A stretch of 64,000 nucleotides of DNA. It comes from Phycisphaerae bacterium (GTDB taxonomy: Bacteria > Planctomycetota > Phycisphaerae > Phycisphaerales > UBA1924). The notes beneath the pieces are model-generated. The model worked only from the letters and a program-made list of their open reading frames with translations, was not told the DNA's origin and made no database searches. This document shows positions 46,897 through 56,391 of the stretch, piece after piece. The DNA lies in NCBI GenBank assembly GCA_016794925.1, contig JAEUIW010000014.1, positions 214 through 64,213 of the forward strand. The letters are read 5' to 3'. Both the position numbers and the translations under genes were made by a program. Position 1 is the first letter of the stretch. Every line of letters starts with the position of its first letter.

Positions 46897-47430
46897 GTGG
46901 TGGCCGTGCCGCGCCCGTTCTTCCACGTCGTGCTCCACGAGCCCGAGATCCCCAACAACACCGGGAACATCGGCCGCACGTGCATCGCCTGCGGCTGCGC
47001 CCTGCACCTGATCCGCCCGCTGGGCTTCGACACCGACGAAAAAGCCTGCCGGCGCGCCGGGCTGGATTACTGGCCCAGGCTGAGGCCCGTCGAGCACGCT
47101 TCCTTCGACGCCTATCTCGCGGCCGCGGCGCCCGCTTCCGTCTGGCTCTTCTCCACCAGGGCCCGCGCCCCGCTCTGGAACGCACCGTTCCGCCCCGGCG
47201 ATCACCTCGTCTTCGGCAAGGAGACCGCGGGGCTGCCCGACCCCATCCTCGATCGTTACCCCGAGCGTCGCCTCCTCCTGCCGATGGTCCCCGGCGAACG
47301 TTCGCTCAACCTGGCCACCGCGGTGTGCGCGGCGGTCTACGAGGGCCTGCGCCGGCTGGTGAGCTCCGGGATCGCGGGGGTCACGCCCGACGGCCGACTA
47401 CACTGGGCCGAGCAGGAGGCACGATCGTGA
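46897..47430 (+). CDS. trmL: tRNA (cytidine/uridine34-2'-O)-methyltransferase
   Basis: FHVVLHEPEIPNNTGNIGRTCIA, LVFGKETAGLP, SLNLATAVCAAVYE. Start uncertain (GTG at 46897, 46900 or 46906; track TTG at 46876). Confidence 0.8.
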   Translation: MVAVPRPFFHVVLHEPEIPNNTGNIGRTCIACGCALHLIRPLGFDTDEKACRRAGLDYWPRLRPVEHASFDAYLAAAAPASVWLFSTRARAPLWNAPFRPGDHLVFGKETAGLPDPILDRYPERRLLLPMVPGERSLNLATAVCAAVYEGLRRLVSSGIAGVTPDGRLHWAEQEARS

Positions 47431-47672
47431 TCGCACGGTGCGAAACGGGAACTCTTCGCGCGCGGACGGCATGGCGGTGGGGATGGCGGTGCGGCGTGCT
47501 GCTGGCGCTGGGCCTCTCGGGCTGCACGCGGCCGCTCCTCTCCCCGGGCGAGGAGCGTTCGCCCTACGACCGGTACGACACCGTGCGCGACAAGCGGGCG
47601 CCGCAGTTCGTCGAGGACAAGTACGGCCGCCGCAAGCCCGACCTGACCGGCAGGCTCGCGCCCAAGAGCTGA
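47427..47672 (+). CDS. small hypothetical lipoprotein
   Basis: GTG at 47427 preceded by AGGAGG (47413-47418), overlapping the trmL stop. GVLLALGLSGC lipobox. Charged 50-aa mature part. Confidence 0.45.
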   Translation: MIARCETGTLRARTAWRWGWRCGVLLALGLSGCTRPLLSPGEERSPYDRYDTVRDKRAPQFVEDKYGRRKPDLTGRLAPKS

Positions 47673-47860
47673 CCGCCCGCCGCGGGCCCGGGCTGATAAG
47701 CTTGCCCCCCGCGTCGTCGGACCCGCACGACCGTCGCGGATCGCACATTTGGCAAGGTCCGCGTGGCCTTCGCCCGATCATTACGTACCCTGCTCGTGCG
47801 GCGCGTTCCGGGTCCGGGACGGCGCGAGGCGGATCGAACGAACCCGGGAAACGGCACGTC

Positions 47861-48532
47861 ATGGCTTCACGATCGGGCGCGAGCAAGTCCAAACGGCCGA
47901 GCACCTCCGGCGCCCGCGCCCAGCGCGTCTGGCTCTGCCTCCTGGCCTCGATGACCGGAGTCGGCGCCCTGCTCATGGGCCTGGACCGCAAGCCCGCGCC
48001 GCGCATGGACGGGGCCACGCTGCCCCCGCTCGTCGTCGCGTCCAGCGACTCGGGCATCGAATCGATCTTCCGCGTGCGCGTGCCCCTGGCGCGGGACCGC
48101 TGGACATCGATCATGATCCACCACAGCGGATCGATGCTCGGCAACCCGGAGACCATCGCCACCCAGCACCAGGGGCTGGGCTTCAAAGGACTGGGGCACC
48201 ATTTCATCATCGGCAACGGCGCGGGGATGGACGACGGCGAGCTGCACGTGGGCTACCGCTGGCTCGAACAGTTGCCCGGCGCCCACGCCGCCGGACCCGA
48301 CGGCGACCTGCACAACCGCCAGTCCATCAGCATCTGCCTGGTCGGAGACGGCAACCGCCAACCGTTCACCAAGGCCCAGCTCCGCCGCCTGGTGCTGCTC
48401 GTGCACGCCCTCTGCGACGAGTTGGACGTGCCCCCTGAGCGCGTGCTCCTGCACGGCGAAACGGCCAAGGTGGCCGACCCCGGCGCGAACTTCCCGGCCG
48501 AGTGGTTCCGTCGGCGGCTGGTCGGCGGCTGA
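47861..48532 (+). CDS. N-acetylmuramoyl-L-alanine amidase (Amidase_2/PGRP fold), membrane anchored
   Basis: TM helix VWLCLLASMTGVGALLMGL. IMIHHSG, HHFIIGNG, PGAHAAG...NRQSISICLVGDGN, LHGE. Confidence 0.75.
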   Translation: MASRSGASKSKRPSTSGARAQRVWLCLLASMTGVGALLMGLDRKPAPRMDGATLPPLVVASSDSGIESIFRVRVPLARDRWTSIMIHHSGSMLGNPETIATQHQGLGFKGLGHHFIIGNGAGMDDGELHVGYRWLEQLPGAHAAGPDGDLHNRQSISICLVGDGNRQPFTKAQLRRLVLLVHALCDELDVPPERVLLHGETAKVADPGANFPAEWFRRRLVGG

Positions 48533-48900
48533 GCGGCCGCGTCCCGCGCCGGTACACGTATTCAGTTCGCCCGTCTCGGGTGTGCGCGGAGCGATCCCCC
48601 GCTCATCCCGATGGAACCACCGGCGCATCCGGCACGGATAGCAATCCGAGCCCGTTCGGGCCCACGAGAGGGAGCTGTCTCGCACATCCCAAGCCGATAT
48701 GTCCCGGCCCGCACCGGGCCGGCCGATCCCACGCCCTCGGCCGTCCGAGCGGCGATTCCCTCACTTCTCGGGCGAGGAGTCTCCAGCGCGTGCACCGAAC
48801 ATCTCTGCAAGAGGATTGCTACAGTTCGCGTTCCTCTCCGGACCGGCCGGGGACAAGAGCGCCCGCCACACTGACCCGGACGCGGAGGTACGGCCCCATC

Positions 48901-49794
48901 GTGGAACCGAGAAAGCCAGGGGAGATGATCGAGGGATATCGCGTGCTGTCCGAGCTCGGGCGGGGCGCGGCATCGATCATCTACTTGGTTCAGGATCCCC
49001 GGAACAAGCAGGTCCGAGCCCTCAAGCACGTCGCGAAAGAGACCCCCAAGGACCAGCGCTTCCTCGACCAGGCCCTGGCCGAGTACGAGGTCGGCAGCGC
49101 CTTGGATCACCCCAACATCCGCAAGATCGAGCGCGTCATCAAGGTCAAGGACGGCATCATCAGCGTCTCCGAGCTCTACCTGGTCATGGAGCTGGTCGAC
49201 GGCACCAGCCTCGAAAAAGAGCCCCCGCGGACCTTCGAGCACGCCGCCTGGATCTTCGAGCAGGTCGCCCTGGCCATGGCCTACATGCACGAGCGTGGCT
49301 ACGCCCACGCCGACATGAAGCCCAACAACGTCATCGTCAGCGACCACACGCGCGTCAAGATCATCGACCTGGGGCAGTCCTGCAAGCTCGGCACCGTCAA
49401 GCAGCGCATCCAGGGCACGCCCGACTACATCGCCCCGGAGCAGGTCCATCTGCGGCCCATCACCGAGCGCACCGACATCTACAACCTCGGCGCGACCATG
49501 TACTGGGTGCTGACCCGCAGCTTTGTTCCCACCGCGCTCGCCAAGGGCGACTCGCTCGTCAATTCGCGCGACGACAAGCTCATCGAGAAGCCCAAGTCTC
49601 CCATCGAACTCAACCGCCGCGTCCCCGAGCTCTTCGACCGCCTCGTCATGGAGTGCGTGGAGATCGACCCCGCCCGCCGCCCCGCCTCCATGAAGCACAT
49701 CGCCGAGCGCCTCAACCTCATCCGCGGCAAGCTCGACGCCGAGGAGGAGCTCCGCCGCTCGGGCGACCTCGGCCGCGTCGACGTCGACCTCTGA
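48901..49794 (+). CDS. Hanks-type Ser/Thr protein kinase (non-RD)
   Basis: GRGAASIIY, RALKHV, HADMKPNNVIV, DLGQS, GTPDYIAPE. GTG at 48901 with GGAGGT upstream (alternative ATG at 48925). Confidence 0.85.
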   Translation: MEPRKPGEMIEGYRVLSELGRGAASIIYLVQDPRNKQVRALKHVAKETPKDQRFLDQALAEYEVGSALDHPNIRKIERVIKVKDGIISVSELYLVMELVDGTSLEKEPPRTFEHAAWIFEQVALAMAYMHERGYAHADMKPNNVIVSDHTRVKIIDLGQSCKLGTVKQRIQGTPDYIAPEQVHLRPITERTDIYNLGATMYWVLTRSFVPTALAKGDSLVNSRDDKLIEKPKSPIELNRRVPELFDRLVMECVEIDPARRPASMKHIAERLNLIRGKLDAEEELRRSGDLGRVDVDL

Positions 49795-49813
49795 CGCCGG
49801 AGGCACGCTCCCG

Positions 49814-50794
49814 GTGGCCGAACCCCCCGCCCCATACCTCGCGCCCGACATGCGCCGCGCCGACGCGGTCATCGACGCCCTTCGGCGCGGCCGGGCCGCG
49901 AACCTCTCCGCCTCGTGCCGGCGCGGCGGCGCCGACGTGATCACGCCGCCGGGGCGCCTGCTCGCCACCGGCGACCTGCACGACAACCCGGTCAATTTCC
50001 GGCGCGTCCTCGCGCACGCGGGGCTGCCGTTCGACGACACGCCGGCGGCGGCCGATCCCGCCCACATCACCCTGCACGAGGTCATCCACCCCGACCGCCT
50101 CGTCAACGGCATGGACTTCAGCTACCGATCGCTGGCCAGGGTCGCGGCCCTCAAGGCCGCGTTCCCCGAACGCGTCCACGCGCTGCTCGCCAACCACGAA
50201 CTGGCCCAGATGACCGGCTCGGGGATCATCAAGGACGATGTCAACGTCGTCGAGGCCTTCGACGCCGGGCTGGACCACATGTTCGGGGACGACGCGCCGG
50301 CCGTCCGCGTGGCCATCGGCGCCTTCGTGCGCTCCATGCCCCTCGCCCTGCGCGTCAAATCCCCCAACGGAGGGCCGGACGTGCTCGCCGCCCACGGCCT
50401 GCCCGCCCCGATCATGGCCGATCGCTTCGATCCCGCCGTGCTCGAACGCGAGCCGTCGGACCTCGATTTCGAGCCCCGCAAGGGGAGCGCCCACCTGATG
50501 GTGTGGGGGCGCGGCTGGACCGCGGAATGGGCCGATCACCTCGCCACACGCTGGAACGTCGGCGTGTTCATCCTCGGACACGAGAAGGCCGAGGAGGGCT
50601 GCCGCGTCGTGTGCCCGCGCATCGTGGTGGTGAACTCCGACCATGATCGGGCCACGCTGCTCGACATCGACCTGGCAGTTCCGCCCGCGACCGCGGCCGA
50701 CGCGGCGACTCGGGCCAGGGCCCTGGGTGCGCTGGACGAGCATCGCCACGCCTCAGCCAGGGGACGAGCGTCGGCCGGTCCGTCGGGTTGGTAA
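49814..50794 (+). CDS. calcineurin-like metallophosphoesterase (PPP-type Ser/Thr phosphatase-like)
   Basis: GDLHDN, ANHE, GHE motifs in PPP order. GTG with GGAGG 11 nt upstream, 20 nt after the kinase stop. Confidence 0.7.
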   Translation: MAEPPAPYLAPDMRRADAVIDALRRGRAANLSASCRRGGADVITPPGRLLATGDLHDNPVNFRRVLAHAGLPFDDTPAAADPAHITLHEVIHPDRLVNGMDFSYRSLARVAALKAAFPERVHALLANHELAQMTGSGIIKDDVNVVEAFDAGLDHMFGDDAPAVRVAIGAFVRSMPLALRVKSPNGGPDVLAAHGLPAPIMADRFDPAVLEREPSDLDFEPRKGSAHLMVWGRGWTAEWADHLATRWNVGVFILGHEKAEEGCRVVCPRIVVVNSDHDRATLLDIDLAVPPATAADAATRARALGALDEHRHASARGRASAGPSGW

Positions 50795-51083
50795 CGAAGC
50801 AACCAAGAACGACTCACCCGATCCGGTGAATCTCACACACCGACGCGGAACTCAATGTCATGTTTTTTCGGGCCGGCGCCCGTGTGGCCGACACGAATCC
50901 GTGGGTACACGCGCGCAACATCGTCTCCCAAGCGTGCGCGCGTGGCTTTTCCACACGGAATTGTGCGCTTGAGCGGCGCGCCCAGATGTGTCGAGAATCC
51001 AGAGACCGCACGGCGCCCGATGCCAGGACCACGGCCGCGACCCGGCACCTGACCGTAACGAGCATGAACTGAGAGGCACGCAG

Positions 51084-52040
51084 GTGAGCCACGAACCGGA
51101 CCCACTCCCAACCGAGCAAGAACTGGGTGAACGAGCCCGGGAAACACCGCGGCACCCGGGCGCGACCGGAGCGGACGCGCACAAGCGATTCGCCGAAGCG
51201 GTCGCGGCGGTCTTCGCGGGCTCCTTGAAAGCCCCTCAGGAATGGCTCGATCGCGCGTGCGCCGCGCTGCTGGAGTTCGTCTCGGGGGAAGCCCCGGCGC
51301 CACGTCCGGCGCGGCCCGGGCTCGGGGTGTGGGGGGTCATCCATGAACGGCACGATCCCGCCGGCGAAACGCGAACGCGTGCCGCGTCGGCGGTGGGCTA
51401 TCGCGATGCCCGCCAGGCCGCGGCCATGTGGACGCATGTCTCGCTGGGGCTGCGCGAGGATGACATGCCCGCCCCGAGCGGCGATCAGCCCGTGCGGACC
51501 GGGGCCCAGGCGGCCGCGTCGGGCACCTGGGGACGATCGTCATACGCTCGGTTCCGCGACCGGCATGGATTGGGCGGGTTCGTTCGACTGCGCCAGGAAC
51601 AGGGATTCGAGCGCTCGCAGCTCACGCTGACCATGCAGGTCGACTGGCCGGTGTCGGCGGCGTCCGCCGACGGGCCGGACGCGGACCTGACGCACCGGCT
51701 CGGTCTGCTCGCGACGATCATGGGATACGCCCTGCTGCACGGGGTGCTGGAGCACGAGGCGCGCCGCGCGGGGATCATGGGCCGGCTCAGCGCCGCGCAG
51801 CGTCAGGTGCTGCCGCACGTGCTGGAAGGCCTGAGCGAACGCGAGGTCGCGGCCAAGCTGCGGCGGAGCCCGCACACCGTTCACGACCACGTCAAAGCGA
51901 TTTACGCGGCGCTCGGGATCGCCTCGCGGCACCAGCTCCGCGACCTCTGGAACGGGATGTCCTCGCCGGCGGGCACGCCCGAGCCCGAGGGGGGCACGGG
52001 CGCGGAACGCGCGCGCACCATCGGCGCCGACGAGTCGTGA
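51084..52040 (+). CDS. LuxR-family HTH transcriptional regulator with uncharacterised N-terminal domain
   Basis: C-terminal LSAAQRQVLPHVLEGLSEREVAAKLRRSPHTVHDHVKAIYAALGI. GTG start with GAGAGG upstream (track start 50988 is possible). Confidence 0.75.
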   Translation: MSHEPDPLPTEQELGERARETPRHPGATGADAHKRFAEAVAAVFAGSLKAPQEWLDRACAALLEFVSGEAPAPRPARPGLGVWGVIHERHDPAGETRTRAASAVGYRDARQAAAMWTHVSLGLREDDMPAPSGDQPVRTGAQAAASGTWGRSSYARFRDRHGLGGFVRLRQEQGFERSQLTLTMQVDWPVSAASADGPDADLTHRLGLLATIMGYALLHGVLEHEARRAGIMGRLSAAQRQVLPHVLEGLSEREVAAKLRRSPHTVHDHVKAIYAALGIASRHQLRDLWNGMSSPAGTPEPEGGTGAERARTIGADES

Positions 52041-52055
52041 CCCGATCGGGCCGAC

Positions 52056-52069
52056 GTTCCACGTGGAAC
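52056..52069. promoter_or_regulatory. 14-bp perfect palindrome GTTCCACGTGGAAC (candidate operator)
   Basis: Read directly, 16 nt after the LuxR stop. The 12-mer TCCACGTGGAAC recurs exactly 200 bp downstream. Confidence 0.3.
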
Positions 52070-52218
52070 ATGTGCCGGAACGCGCGCGCCACGCCGCACA
52101 TTCACGCAACGGAATTGCCCGCGCAGCCATCCGGAATCAGCTCGCTCGCCACCGTGGGGCGGGCGGCGCGACCGAAATGCTCGCGGCCGACAGGTTCGCG
52201 GTCAGCCGGCCGTTCGAT

Positions 52219-52269
52219 CGGTTCCGGCGCGAACCGCTGAGGATTGCGCCGGAGCGATCCACGTGGAAC
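52219..52269. promoter_or_regulatory. two further GTTC-N6-GAAC-type sites (CGGTTCCGGCGCGAACCG and GATCCACGTGGAAC)
   Basis: Read directly, located 56-106 nt upstream of the ATG at 52325. Confidence 0.3.
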
Positions 52270-52324
52270 GTCCCTGTGGTACCTTGGCGGATCGTCGAAC
52301 TGTTGGCCCCCTGGTGACACCCGC

Positions 52325-53407
52325 ATGGACGACGTCACACCGACCGGAAAAGGCCGCGCCCGGCCCGTCTGCCCGAGTTGCGGGTACGACCTGACCGGCG
52401 TGGCGGCGGGCGTCGGGCTGGGGCCGGGCGCGGCGGTCGATCGGGCCGCGGCGGGAGAGGCCTCGACGCTGCCGGGGTGCGCGCCGCTGGTGGGCCGTTG
52501 CAGCGAGTGCGGGGTGTACTTCTCGTGGGGCGAAGTCCTGGGGCCGAACCGGCCGCCGGGGTGGAGCTTCGAGCACCACAGGGATCGACCGTTTGAACGG
52601 CTGGCGGGGACCCTGGCGCGCTCGGCGACGCCCGGGCGCATGTGGCGGGAGCTGAGATTGGGGCACTCGTTCGAGGGCCGGAGACTGCTGACGTACGCGG
52701 TGCTGGGCGTGCTTCTCGCGCACGGGGCGGTGTGCCTGGGCGCGCTGGGGGTGTCGCTGGCGTGGCCGGACGCGGTGTGGCGGGCGCGGGGGTGGATCAC
52801 GGGACGGCCGACATGGGTGGACGTGCTGGGCTCGTCCGTGTGGCCGTACCGAATGTCGGTGGGTTGGGGCTCGTGGGTGTGGGTGAACGTGTGGTTCGCG
52901 TGGGGCGTCCTGACCACGGCGATCATGCCCGCGGGGGTGGCGCTGATGCCCAGCACCCTGCACCCATCTCGGATGCGGTGGCGTCACGTCTGGCGGGTGT
53001 GGACGTACTCGTTTCCGCTGTTGCCCCTGGTGTGCGGGTCGTGGATGGCCCTGGGGGGCGTGCTGGCCTGGATGAAACGGCTGGTGGACGGTCGCGGGGG
53101 AGGGACGGGGGTCGCGGGCGGGGTGTTCTCGACGGGTCGTCCGAGCCCGGGCGGCGCGGCGACGGGATTATCGTGGGAGGGATTCTCGCTGGTGCTGGGA
53201 CGCGCCATCGGGGTCCACAGTTGGGCGTTCGGGGTCGTGTTCGCGGCGTGGCTGTGGTGGTGGTGGCGGGCCGCGGCGAAGCGGTACTTGCGGGCGGAGA
53301 TGCCGGGCGTCACGGCCGCGCTGCTGGTGCTGATGTCGAGCATGTTCGCGGCGGTGTTGCTGTCTTCGATTCCGGGCGTGATGGACGTGTGGAGAGAGGC
53401 CCGCTAG
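52325..53407 (+). CDS. zinc-ribbon (CPxCGYDL...CSECG) polytopic membrane protein
   Basis: CPSCGYDLTG...CSECG, WSFEH motif, then Trp-rich TM helices. Paralog of the next gene. Confidence 0.65.
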   Translation: MDDVTPTGKGRARPVCPSCGYDLTGVAAGVGLGPGAAVDRAAAGEASTLPGCAPLVGRCSECGVYFSWGEVLGPNRPPGWSFEHHRDRPFERLAGTLARSATPGRMWRELRLGHSFEGRRLLTYAVLGVLLAHGAVCLGALGVSLAWPDAVWRARGWITGRPTWVDVLGSSVWPYRMSVGWGSWVWVNVWFAWGVLTTAIMPAGVALMPSTLHPSRMRWRHVWRVWTYSFPLLPLVCGSWMALGGVLAWMKRLVDGRGGGTGVAGGVFSTGRPSPGGAATGLSWEGFSLVLGRAIGVHSWAFGVVFAAWLWWWWRAAAKRYLRAEMPGVTAALLVLMSSMFAAVLLSSIPGVMDVWREAR

Positions 53408-53444
53408 GGGGGACGCGGGACCGTTGTTCGGGTAGGCTCGGGCG

Positions 53445-54383
53445 GTGAGCGTGCAAGGCCGGAAAACCGTTGGATGCCCGGCGTGCGGGTACGACCTCTC
53501 GGGGGCGGGGCCCCACGGGGGCCGGGTGACGTGCAGCGAGTGCGGCCGGCGCTGGGAATGGGACGCGGCGCTGGGGGCGGCGTCGCTGGGGCCGTGGTGG
53601 AGCTTCGAGCACGGCTTCGGGCCCGCCCCGCAACGCTGGGCGCGCACGGCGCTCCGGTGCCTGACGCCGTGGAGAGTCTGGGGCGGCGGCGAGGCGCGCG
53701 ACGGCATCGATCCGCGGGCGCCGTCGCGGCCGTGGCGGCTGGTGATGTTCGCGGCGCCGATCCTGCTCGGGTCGCACGCGTTGATCGGCGGGCTCGTGGC
53801 GTGGGCGCAGTCGAGCGAGCCCGCCTGGCTGCGGGGGTCGCCGACGTTCGTCAGCAGCGTTCTGGGCGCGGACACGGCGGGCGGGTGGCGCCTGGCCGAG
53901 GCGTTCGTCTGGCCGTGGGATGAGCGGTTCCTTCACGCGGCGCGGCCCACGCTGATGGATCGGGCCGATCTCGCCGGGCTCGCGCTGGTGGCGCTCGCGG
54001 GCCCGGCGGCGTGGGCGGCGGGCCGTCTGGCGCGGGCGCGCGAGGTGCCGCGCGGGCATCTGATCCGCGCGTCGTGGATGTCGCTGCCCGGCGCGGCGGT
54101 GCTGCTGCTGGTGTCGATGCTGGTGCGGCTGTACCAGGAGCACGTGATCGGGGCCTACGGCAAGGGGTGGTGGGAGGTGCTGGACTGGGTGCTGGAGCCG
54201 CTGCTGGAGAGCCATGCGCTGGGTGGCCCGTGGGGTCTGTCCGGGCTGCTGGCGGCGTGGGTGGCGGGGTGGTGGTGGGCGGCCTGGCGCGCGGCGCTGG
54301 ATGGGCGGCGGGCGCTGGTCGCGTGGGGTGCGACGCTGGGCCTGGACGCAGCGGCGATCGGGCTGCTGATGTGGGCTGTGTAG
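53445..54383 (+). CDS. zinc-ribbon (CPxCGYDL...CSECG) polytopic membrane protein, paralog
   Basis: [10 protein letters not shown]...CSECG, WWSFEH, TM helices. GTG start. Confidence 0.65.
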   Translation: MSVQGRKTVGCPACGYDLSGAGPHGGRVTCSECGRRWEWDAALGAASLGPWWSFEHGFGPAPQRWARTALRCLTPWRVWGGGEARDGIDPRAPSRPWRLVMFAAPILLGSHALIGGLVAWAQSSEPAWLRGSPTFVSSVLGADTAGGWRLAEAFVWPWDERFLHAARPTLMDRADLAGLALVALAGPAAWAAGRLARAREVPRGHLIRASWMSLPGAAVLLLVSMLVRLYQEHVIGAYGKGWWEVLDWVLEPLLESHALGGPWGLSGLLAAWVAGWWWAAWRAALDGRRALVAWGATLGLDAAAIGLLMWAV

Positions 54384-54439
54384 CGGACGGGTGCGGCGCT
54401 GGGGCGGGCGCGGGGCCGGAGATGGGGTACGCTTGGGGC

Positions 54440-55753
54440 ATGTCCAAGGACGCGCTGTCGGACGGTCTGCTGGAGCTGCTGCGGGGCAAGGGGGGCGACC
54501 CCGAACTGGCGGAGTACATGGCCCGCGAGCGGGAGCGGCAGGAATCGACGATCGAGCTGATCGCGAGCGAGAACCACGTGTCGCCCGCGGTCATGCACGT
54601 GATGGGAAGCTGGCTGACGAACAAGTACGCGGAGGGCTACCCGGGGGCGCGGTACTACGGCGGGTGCGAGTGGCACGACAAGATCGAGGACCTGGCGCGG
54701 GAGCGGGCCAAGGCGCTGTTCGGCTGCCGGTTCGCGAACGTGCAGCCGCACTCGGGCGCACAGGCGAACACGGCCGCGTTCATGGCGCTGATGAAGCCCG
54801 GGGAGGTGTTCTGCTCGCTGGTGCTCAAGGACGGGGGGCACCTGTCGCACGGGATGTCGATCAACTTTTCCGGGGTGTACCACAAGCCGGTGTTCTACCC
54901 GCTGCACTACGAGCCGGCGCACCCGGAGTTCGAGCGGATCGACTACGACGCGGTGCGCCGGGTGTGCCTGGAGCACCGGCCGCGGGTGCTGATGTGCGGG
55001 TACTCGGCGTACCCGCGGGCGATCGACTTCGCGCGGTTCCGCGCGATCGCGGACGAGGCGGGTTCGCTGCTGATGGCGGACGTGGCCCACATCGCGGGCC
55101 TGTGCACGCACGCGGGGTGCGCGCACCCGTCGCCGTTCCCGCACGCGCACGTGGTGACGACGACGACGCACAAGACGCTGCGGGGCCCCCGCGGCGGGCT
55201 GATCCTGACCAACGACGAGGACCTGGCCAAGCGGATCGACAAGGCGGTGTTCCCGGGCGTGCAGGGGGGGCCGCTCATGCACGTGATCGCGGCGAAGGCG
55301 GCCGCGTTCGGCGAGGCGCTGCGTCCGGAGTTCGCGGCGTACCAGCGGCGGGTGGTTGAGAACGCGCGGACGCTGGCGGCGGCGCTGCGGGCGTGCGGGT
55401 TCCGGATCACCACCGGCGGAACGGACAATCACCTGATGCTGGTGGACCTGCGCGGCCGTTCCGACCGCTTGACGGGAACGGACGCGGAGAAGTGGCTGGA
55501 GGGCGCGGGGATCGTGTGCAACAAGAACGGGATCCCGAACGACCCGAGGCCGCCGCGAGTGACGAGCGGGGTGCGGCTGGGCTCGCCGGCGGTCACGACG
55601 CGTGGGTTCGGGGCGGCGGAGATGGAGCGTGTGGCGGGATGGATCGACCGCGTGCTGGGCGCCGGCCTGACGGGCGCGTCGGAGCTCGAGGCGTCGTCGC
55701 GGGCGGTGCGTGACGAGGTGCGGGACCTGTGCGCGAAATTCCCGCTGCCGTAG
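54440..55753 (+). CDS. glyA: serine hydroxymethyltransferase
   Basis: [59 protein letters not shown]. Alternative ATG at 54422. Confidence 0.92.
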   Translation: MSKDALSDGLLELLRGKGGDPELAEYMARERERQESTIELIASENHVSPAVMHVMGSWLTNKYAEGYPGARYYGGCEWHDKIEDLARERAKALFGCRFANVQPHSGAQANTAAFMALMKPGEVFCSLVLKDGGHLSHGMSINFSGVYHKPVFYPLHYEPAHPEFERIDYDAVRRVCLEHRPRVLMCGYSAYPRAIDFARFRAIADEAGSLLMADVAHIAGLCTHAGCAHPSPFPHAHVVTTTTHKTLRGPRGGLILTNDEDLAKRIDKAVFPGVQGGPLMHVIAAKAAAFGEALRPEFAAYQRRVVENARTLAAALRACGFRITTGGTDNHLMLVDLRGRSDRLTGTDAEKWLEGAGIVCNKNGIPNDPRPPRVTSGVRLGSPAVTTRGFGAAEMERVAGWIDRVLGAGLTGASELEASSRAVRDEVRDLCAKFPLP

Positions 55754-55878
55754 GCGGGAACACGGGCCGGGAGGGTCGCCGGGGCCGGAGCGTGTGGTAC
55801 ATTGGTGATGGGAATCGGGCCGGGATGGCCCGAGCGAGCGACGTGCAACCAAGCAGGAGGCGCGGATTGGGCAAGGCC

Positions 55879-56322
55879 ATGCCGGTCAAGGATGACGGAA
55901 AGCGGGATCGGGCCCGCACCCTTCAGGCCGGCGCCGTGCCGTTCCGACGGGTGAATCGGGGGACGAGCCGGCGCGCGATCGAGGTGCTGCTGATCACGAA
56001 CACGGCGGGCGGCTGGATCGTGCCCAAGGGGAGGATCGACGCGGGGCGCTCGCCGCAGGAGACCGCGCTGATCGAGGCGTACGAGGAGGCGGGGGTGGTG
56101 GCGAGCGCGATCGGCGAGGAGCTGGGGCACTACTCGTACCTGAAGATGGGGCGGCGGATGCGGGTGCGTCTGTACGCGCTGGAAGTCGAGCGCGTGATGC
56201 GCGACTGGAAGGAGCGCGACGCACGCCGCCGCGAGTGGCTCAGCCTGCCCGAGGCGTGCGCGCGGGCGGCCTTCCCGGGCCTGAGACGGATCCTGGCGGA
56301 ATTGGAGGACGCGGTGGGCTGA
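55879..56322 (+). CDS. NUDIX hydrolase
   Basis: Nudix box PKGRIDAGRSPQETALIEAYEEAGV. Alternative ATG at 55825. Confidence 0.75.
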   Translation: MPVKDDGKRDRARTLQAGAVPFRRVNRGTSRRAIEVLLITNTAGGWIVPKGRIDAGRSPQETALIEAYEEAGVVASAIGEELGHYSYLKMGRRMRVRLYALEVERVMRDWKERDARRREWLSLPEACARAAFPGLRRILAELEDAVG

Positions 56323-56391
56323 GGGAGCCCGCGGGGCACGAGCCGCGCAACGGCGAAGGCCGCGGGTGCGTCCATCGCGTGATCCGACGCG

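Noticed and set aside
54384-54439. ZTP/pfl-type or other riboswitch upstream of glyA
   Set aside because: Only 56 nt of intergenic sequence, and no match to the conserved pfl cores as I remember them.
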